Shown here: positions 7,010-10,775 of the stretch, piece after piece
How the letters are laid out: each line of letters starts with the position of its first letter
Numbering within the stretch: the stretch's first letter is position 1
Assembly: GCA_041736305.1 (NCBI GenBank)
Contig: JBGSTX010000080.1
Span: 1 to 10,775 of the forward strand
Direction: 5' to 3'
DNA length: 10,775 nt
From: Oligoflexus sp.
GTDB lineage: Bacteria > Bdellovibrionota_B > Oligoflexia > Oligoflexales > Oligoflexaceae
The notes under the pieces: generated by a model
Told to the model about the DNA's origin: nothing
The model's database searches: none
The model's input: the letters and a program-made list of their open reading frames with translations, nothing else
Program-made: the position numbers and the translations under genes

Positions 7010-8278
7010 ATGATTTATGTTGCGTCTCGCAAAAACAAAGACGGTTCCTCAACTTGGCGTATTACCTACCTGGACGAAAACGGCAAACGCTGCCGAATGT
7101 CGCCCAAACTCCACCCAAAATTCCTGACTAAAGAAGAAGCTGAGACTTGGGCCAAAACCCAGAAAGCCTACGAGCAGAGTCGGCGCGCCAAGACTATCAA
7201 GAAAGCCGAATGGCGCTCAAAGTTCTACAACTTCAACGAAATCGAAAAAGAGTTTATCGAATGGCATAAGACTTATGCACCGAACTCTTATCGAAGCGAC
7301 CACCTTTATCTTACTTATGTCTTCGACTTTTTCCTGAATGTTAAGCAACAGGGCAACGTGAATATGTGGAACTTATTCCACGAAGAATTCAAGTCGTGGC
7401 TGATTAAAGAAGCTGTCGGCACCAAGAAAACTACCAAGAAAATCTCCTATTCTACAGCCAACCACTGCATTAAAACTCTGAACAATCTGCAAAATTATCT
7501 GACTTCTCACCAAAAAATGGATCGAGAATCTAACGTACCTTGTAAGTGTTTTCCTCAGCACTTCGTCAACAAACGTGGGTACGAAGACGTAATTACCTAT
7601 GAGGAATTCTATCGGGTACTTGCTGAAATGAGAGCGATCGACGATGCTTCAGCTGACTTTTTCGTGGTCGCTTTTTGGACTGGAATGAGAGTTTCAGAGA
7701 CCCTTGGCCTACCTATGTCATATTTGTACGGCGGTAAACTCGAAGGTCCGATTGCCGACGAGATGAATAAACACAAAATCCAAATCCACGGTTATATCGT
7801 CTTAGAAAGTCAGCTTCGAGACGACTATATCAGCCGGGATGAATTCAAAAAGATCCACCGAAAGCCACTTAAAACGAAAAAGAAGATCAGTGCTGAGAAT
7901 GCTCGGACCATACCGATTACGGACAAGGATTGTTGGAATGTCCTGGTCGCGCGATACAAGTCCCAGCAAGAACTCTACGCTAAGTTAGAGTATGGGCTGA
8001 ATAAGGACGACTATCCCTTGTTCGATGGCTTGAACATGACAAGGGCAAATACGGCGCTCAGAGAGGCATATACCCGGTTAGGTGTAGCCAAACATAAGAC
8101 CTTCCACTGTGCCCGGCATTCCAGGGCTACCTACCTTGTTGGCGAAACCCGGTCCTATTTCTTGGGTAAGGCTATCATTGGGCATAAGTCCGATGTCTTT
8201 GACGACTACGTTCACATTTACGAGTTCATCTCGATCAAGGCCAAGCAGTCTGATGACGAGATTAAATTTGTTATTTAA
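7010..8278 (+). CDS. int: Tyrosine recombinase / phage integrase
   Basis: 422 aa with a complete catalytic set: R (TGMRVSE), K (PLKT), H-x-x-R (FHCARHS), H (IGHKS), Y (DYVH). The N-terminal WRITYLDENGKR resembles an arm-binding domain. Adjacent to ssrA. Confidence 0.93.
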   Translation: MIYVASRKNKDGSSTWRITYLDENGKRCRMSPKLHPKFLTKEEAETWAKTQKAYEQSRRAKTIKKAEWRSKFYNFNEIEKEFIEWHKTYAPNSYRSDHLYLTYVFDFFLNVKQQGNVNMWNLFHEEFKSWLIKEAVGTKKTTKKISYSTANHCIKTLNNLQNYLTSHQKMDRESNVPCKCFPQHFVNKRGYEDVITYEEFYRVLAEMRAIDDASADFFVVAFWTGMRVSETLGLPMSYLYGGKLEGPIADEMNKHKIQIHGYIVLESQLRDDYISRDEFKKIHRKPLKTKKKISAENARTIPITDKDCWNVLVARYKSQQELYAKLEYGLNKDDYPLFDGLNMTRANTALREAYTRLGVAKHKTFHCARHSRATYLVGETRSYFLGKAIIGHKSDVFDDYVHIYEFISIKAKQSDDEIKFVI

Positions 8279-8288
8279 GGAGAATCGT

Positions 8289-8432
8289 ATGGAAAAAGAA
8301 GTAAAGAAAATGGGTAGACCACCACTCGCAAACACGCAAGCTGTGCAAGTGACTGAGGAAGGTGACTTTCTGTTGATCAAAGTGCCCAAAAAGCTCGCTG
8401 CCAAACTGTTGCTAAAAGACCTGTTCAACTGA
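8289..8432 (+). CDS. 47-aa putative DNA-binding protein (AbrB/MazE-like hairpin)
   Basis: ATG at 8289 with RBS AAGGAG overlapping the integrase stop. Sequence MEKEVKKMGRPPLANTQAVQVTEEGDFLLIKVPKKLAAKLLLKDLFN. It ends just before hairpins. This is the likely real portion of the track's 8109..8432 ORF. Confidence 0.7.
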   Translation: MEKEVKKMGRPPLANTQAVQVTEEGDFLLIKVPKKLAAKLLLKDLFN

Positions 8433-8458
8433 TCAGACTGCCCACGGATGGGCTCAAT

Positions 8459-8482
8459 AAAAAAGCCAGGAAAGTTCCTGGC
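8459..8482 (-). terminator. Intrinsic terminator (possibly bidirectional)
   Basis: GCCAGGA (8465-8471) / TCCTGGC (8476-8482) stem followed by U6 on the minus strand, 8 nt after the TAA at 8491. A second hairpin GCCCA-CGGA-TGGGC (8440-8453) follows the plus-strand 47-aa gene. Confidence 0.75.
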
Positions 8483-8490
8483 CGTTTCAT

Positions 8491-8652
8491 TTAAGACTTC
8501 GCTAGCTTCTGGGCTTGATACTGGCTTCGAGCCAGCTTTGCGTTCTTGATGAATCTTGGAAGATGCAGAACAAACTGGAGTAGGCCAAAAATGACAATGA
8601 GCCAAGGTTGCTTTAGATAGATTGACAGAATAATTCCCAGTAATAGCAGCAT
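8491..8652 (-). CDS. 53-aa small membrane protein, candidate immunity protein (not in the ORF track)
   Basis: MLLLLGIILSIYLKQPWLIVIFGLLQFVLHLPRFIKNAKLARSQYQAQKLAKS. The ATG is 10 nt after the upstream stop, with RBS AAGGTGGTG. Two hydrophobic segments and a basic tail. The stop lies right before the terminator. Confidence 0.75.
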   Translation of the reverse strand: MLLLLGIILSIYLKQPWLIVIFGLLQFVLHLPRFIKNAKLARSQYQAQKLAKS

Positions 8653-8662
8653 TCACACCACC

Positions 8663-9202
8663 TTATTTTTCGCCATCGTCTTTGTCTTTCATCTCTTTCG
8701 TATTCACTTTTTTACCGCATCCTGTGGCGATGCTGCATCCACCCCATGCACCCATACCACCGGCAACACCGCCAATAGTGCCTCCAATTACTGCACCACC
8801 TGCAAAGCCTTTAGGCCCGAGCGGTGCTCCTAAGCTCGCTCCTGATTCAGCGCCAGCCAGACCACCAGCCAAGGCACCTGCTATGGTGACAGCACTACAT
8901 TCAGCTACGCAAGTATCAGCCATAGTCACAGCAACAGACCGATCGAAGATACTGCCAGGTACAAGTAGCGCCTTAAGACCATTTCTTTCAACAGTAACGA
9001 TTTCTTCACCGTTTACCAGTTGTTGCACATCAGTAATTACGGCTGGCTCGACTGAGGATAATTCGAAAGAGTTGCGTTCGATTACCACGACATTTTCCAC
9101 TACCTGAGCCGCAACGTTTCCTTCTTCCTCATAAAGGAAGTTTTCTTCTGCAAACACCTGAGTCGAAACAATAGTTAATAGTGCAAAAAACAAAGCTCTC
9201 AT
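8663..9202 (-). CDS. Secreted glycine-zipper protein, bacteriocin-like
   Basis: Sec signal peptide MRALFFALLTIVSTQVFA, acidic region (about 19-95), then a Gly/Ala hydrophobic hairpin with repeated GxxxG, flanked by C98-x3-C102 and C156-x5-C162. RBS GAGGGG. Confidence 0.8.
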   Translation of the reverse strand: MRALFFALLTIVSTQVFAEENFLYEEEGNVAAQVVENVVVIERNSFELSSVEPAVITDVQQLVNGEEIVTVERNGLKALLVPGSIFDRSVAVTMADTCVAECSAVTIAGALAGGLAGAESGASLGAPLGPKGFAGGAVIGGTIGGVAGGMGAWGGCSIATGCGKKVNTKEMKDKDDGEK

Positions 9203-9331
9203 TCAAAACCCCTCATTGGCTGTCTGGTCAATCCGTTTACCAGCAAGACGTTGGTGGAGCAAGTTAAGAAATGAAGATGTCACTTCCCCAACCAGCACTG
9301 AAATGACAAAACCCTCACTAAGGAGGGTCTT

Positions 9332-9394
9332 ATGGACTGGTCTTGGTATGTAAATACATTATTGGAGATGATGTGGCTTGAGGAAGATTATTAG
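9332..9394 (+). CDS. Putative 20-aa small peptide MDWSWYVNTLLEMMWLEEDY
   Basis: Perfect SD AAGGAGG (9320-9326) 5 nt before the ATG, in a 240-nt intergenic gap. Very short, so it could arise by chance. Confidence 0.35.
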   Translation: MDWSWYVNTLLEMMWLEEDY

Positions 9395-9442
9395 CTCGTT
9401 TCTCGTATTATTTGACGGGGAAATTATCTTCCTTGAATAAGT

Positions 9443-9700
9443 TTACTCATCCTTGTCTTTGTCGGTGGTACTGCTTCCACCGTAGGTTGGAGCCTGAGTC
9501 CCTGACTTACCAGTATAGGGATTTGTATTGCCCTGGGTAGACCAGTTGTTGTTCTTATTCCCATCGGGAGCAGAACGATGATGAGGGGCAACATAGGTAC
9601 CATCTTTTTTCGTGTAGCCTTTCACGTAAGTCGACTGAGCGAAGGATGAACCTGAGAAACCTACTACCAACAAAGCTACGGTCATTATTTTCAAGAGCAT
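9443..9700 (-). CDS. Small secreted conserved hypothetical protein
   Basis: Signal peptide ending SFA, then YVKGYTKKDGTYVAPHHRSAPD...NWSTQGNTNPYTGKSGT, a motif I recognise from widespread uncharacterised proteins often found in phages and islands. Strong RBS AAGGAGG. Confidence 0.88.
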   Translation of the reverse strand: MLLKIMTVALLVVGFSGSSFAQSTYVKGYTKKDGTYVAPHHRSAPDGNKNNNWSTQGNTNPYTGKSGTQAPTYGGSSTTDKDKDE

Positions 9701-9828
9701 ATTAGCCCTCCTTATTTTTAACTATTCGGCCCTCTTTTGCGATTAGCCGAGTTAAGAAAATAAGACTCATAGTTGTTAGGGGTTAAATCAAATTTTGAGC
9801 CGCCTCCACTTCCTTTGTGTCAAACTTT

Positions 9829-10128
9829 TTAGCCAGCCAGCTTCATAAGCAATTCAACCAACTTTTCATTACCACCCACGCTATTTGCAACAAGAAGCAA
9901 GCCGACCCATTTAGCTATCAGCAACAATCTTTTTATTTCTGGCAGCAGAGGTCCAATCTCGCCCTGGAGCAGGTTCACCTGTTTTTCCAAAGCGTTACTC
10001 CGAGCCATATGTTCCTCTAGGGATACAGTATTTCTACCAAGCGTACTGGATACAATTTTAATGTCAGCTTGCATGTCTCTGAGAGAGTCTTTGACATTAT
10101 CTATCTGCATTTCTAGCTTCTCACTCAT
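9829..10128 (-). CDS. Coiled-coil protein with C-terminal TM (holin/XhlA-like phage protein)
   Basis: 99 aa. Heptad-rich N-terminal ~60 aa followed by the hydrophobic LLLIAKWVGLLLVA. Upstream AAGGTGAG. Located at the distal end of a putative late operon. Confidence 0.65.
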   Translation of the reverse strand: MSEKLEMQIDNVKDSLRDMQADIKIVSSTLGRNTVSLEEHMARSNALEKQVNLLQGEIGPLLPEIKRLLLIAKWVGLLLVANSVGGNEKLVELLMKLAG

Positions 10129-10152
10129 GTCGCGACTCTCACCTTTTATTAT

Positions 10153-10509
10153 TTAAGCGCCAACTGACTTGGCATTTACCACGCAACTCATCGTCCCAGT
10201 CCCCGATGTATAATCCACGGACAGACGAATGTATTTGTAAGGCAATTGATTCATGTTTACCACGTAACCGCCTGGAGTTCCTGCAGGAGCAGTCAGTCCA
10301 GAAACAGTGATAGGATAGAACGTCCCAGACTGCTTAATAGAGTCATAGTCATTACTAACCTGAACAGCTAATGTAGCTGCTAGAGTTCCGGTCCAGGCGA
10401 TTTGATAAGAGACGTTATCCAGATACTCGATGCTTGTAACACTACTGTTAACGTCTGCCGAGACTGCTTGATTTAGAACTGTTGCGTTGGCGACTAACTT
10501 TCTGCTCAT
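10153..10509 (-). CDS. Putative phage virion beta-sandwich protein
   Basis: 118 aa, T/S/V/G-rich all-beta pattern with VQVSND and YKYIRLSV motifs seen in jelly-roll/discoidin-like phage structural proteins. RBS GAGG. Confidence 0.65.
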   Translation of the reverse strand: MSRKLVANATVLNQAVSADVNSSVTSIEYLDNVSYQIAWTGTLAATLAVQVSNDYDSIKQSGTFYPITVSGLTAPAGTPGGYVVNMNQLPYKYIRLSVDYTSGTGTMSCVVNAKSVGA

Positions 10510-10550
10510 TAAAAAACCTCTTCATAAGTTAAGGGATTATGTCCCTAGGG

Positions 10551-10775
10551 TTAACCGAGTTCTACTCGTTGCGTTTGAGTTAAATTCTGATCTTCGATCT
10601 TACCGGCATTTATATTCCCCCCACTCACTTCATCCCCTTCTTCAGGTCTTAAGAAGTTTGCTTGAAGAGCCTCAGCCAATGTATGACTAACGGTGTTGCT
10701 TAAGGTCAAAACAGATATTTGCTTCAGCTTTTTATAAGGGATAGTGAAGCTCTTATCCTTAGCGGTAAGCTCGAT
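10551..10775 (-). CDS. C-terminal 74 aa of a larger ORF entering from the right edge (probably a phage structural protein)
   Basis: The frame is open from the window edge (IELTAKDKSFTIPYKKLKQISVL...QNLTQTQRVELG*) to TAA at 10551-10553, co-oriented with the downstream phage genes. Not in the ORF track. Confidence 0.65.
   Translation of the reverse strand: MELTAKDKSFTIPYKKLKQISVLTLSNTVSHTLAEALQANFLRPEEGDEVSGGNINAGKIEDQNLTQTQRVELG

Larger units (their letters stand above)
6893..10775. mobile_element. Prophage-like element integrated at the ssrA 3' end (continues beyond the window)
   Basis: Tyrosine integrase 117 nt downstream of the tmRNA 3' end, a clear shift to AT-richer sequence, no terminator after ssrA, and phage late-gene-like ORFs at the right end. 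The second att copy is not in the window. Confidence 0.8.

Noticed and set aside
6434-7131. ORFs 6434..6616 and 6790..7131
   Set aside because: They overlap the tmRNA and the integrase start; the tmRNA structure explains the region.
8078-8656. 192-aa minus-strand ORF
   Set aside because: It runs through a terminator and antisense to the integrase. The 53-aa ORF in another frame (8491..8652) has better RBS spacing and stops right before the terminator.
10529-10554. Short palindromes AGGGA-TTATG-TCCCT and CCCTAGGG between late genes
   Set aside because: Short, single occurrence, no U-tract; cannot be distinguished from chance.
8682-10690. Plus-strand ORFs 8682..9107, 9817..10020 and 10487..10690
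   Set aside because: Antisense shadows of better-supported minus-strand genes.
1-10775. CRISPR array, tandem repeat array, retron or DGR
   Set aside because: I found no regularly spaced repeats, reverse transcriptase or cas-like ORFs. Repeats seen (CCTAAAG x2, TGGATTCAGC x2) are short and irregular.

Overview
The window has a host part and a mobile part. Host part (1-6892, probably a Bdellovibrionota/Oligoflexia-like organism, judged from the tmRNA tag GNDYALAA): a hairpin-rich non-coding stretch, then an orphan fliG with its own sigma-28-type promoter. A convergent minus-strand operon follows, encoding an alpha/beta-hydrolase-fold protein lacking its catalytic Ser, a DUF4175-like membrane/coiled-coil protein, an RlmL/THUMP-like methyltransferase and a small basic protein. 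The host part ends with the tmRNA gene ssrA (6539-6892). Mobile part (6893 to end, visibly more AT-rich): a prophage-like element integrated at the ssrA 3' end. It carries an intact tyrosine integrase, a 47-aa AbrB-like ORF, accessory cargo and the distal end of a phage late operon. The most notable cargo is a Sec-exported, cysteine-flanked glycine-zipper (bacteriocin-like) protein followed by a 53-aa membrane ORF missing from the ORF track, a candidate toxin/immunity pair. Next to it is a 20-codon sORF whose RBS is occluded by a hairpin. All product calls come from motifs read by eye; no database searches were run.
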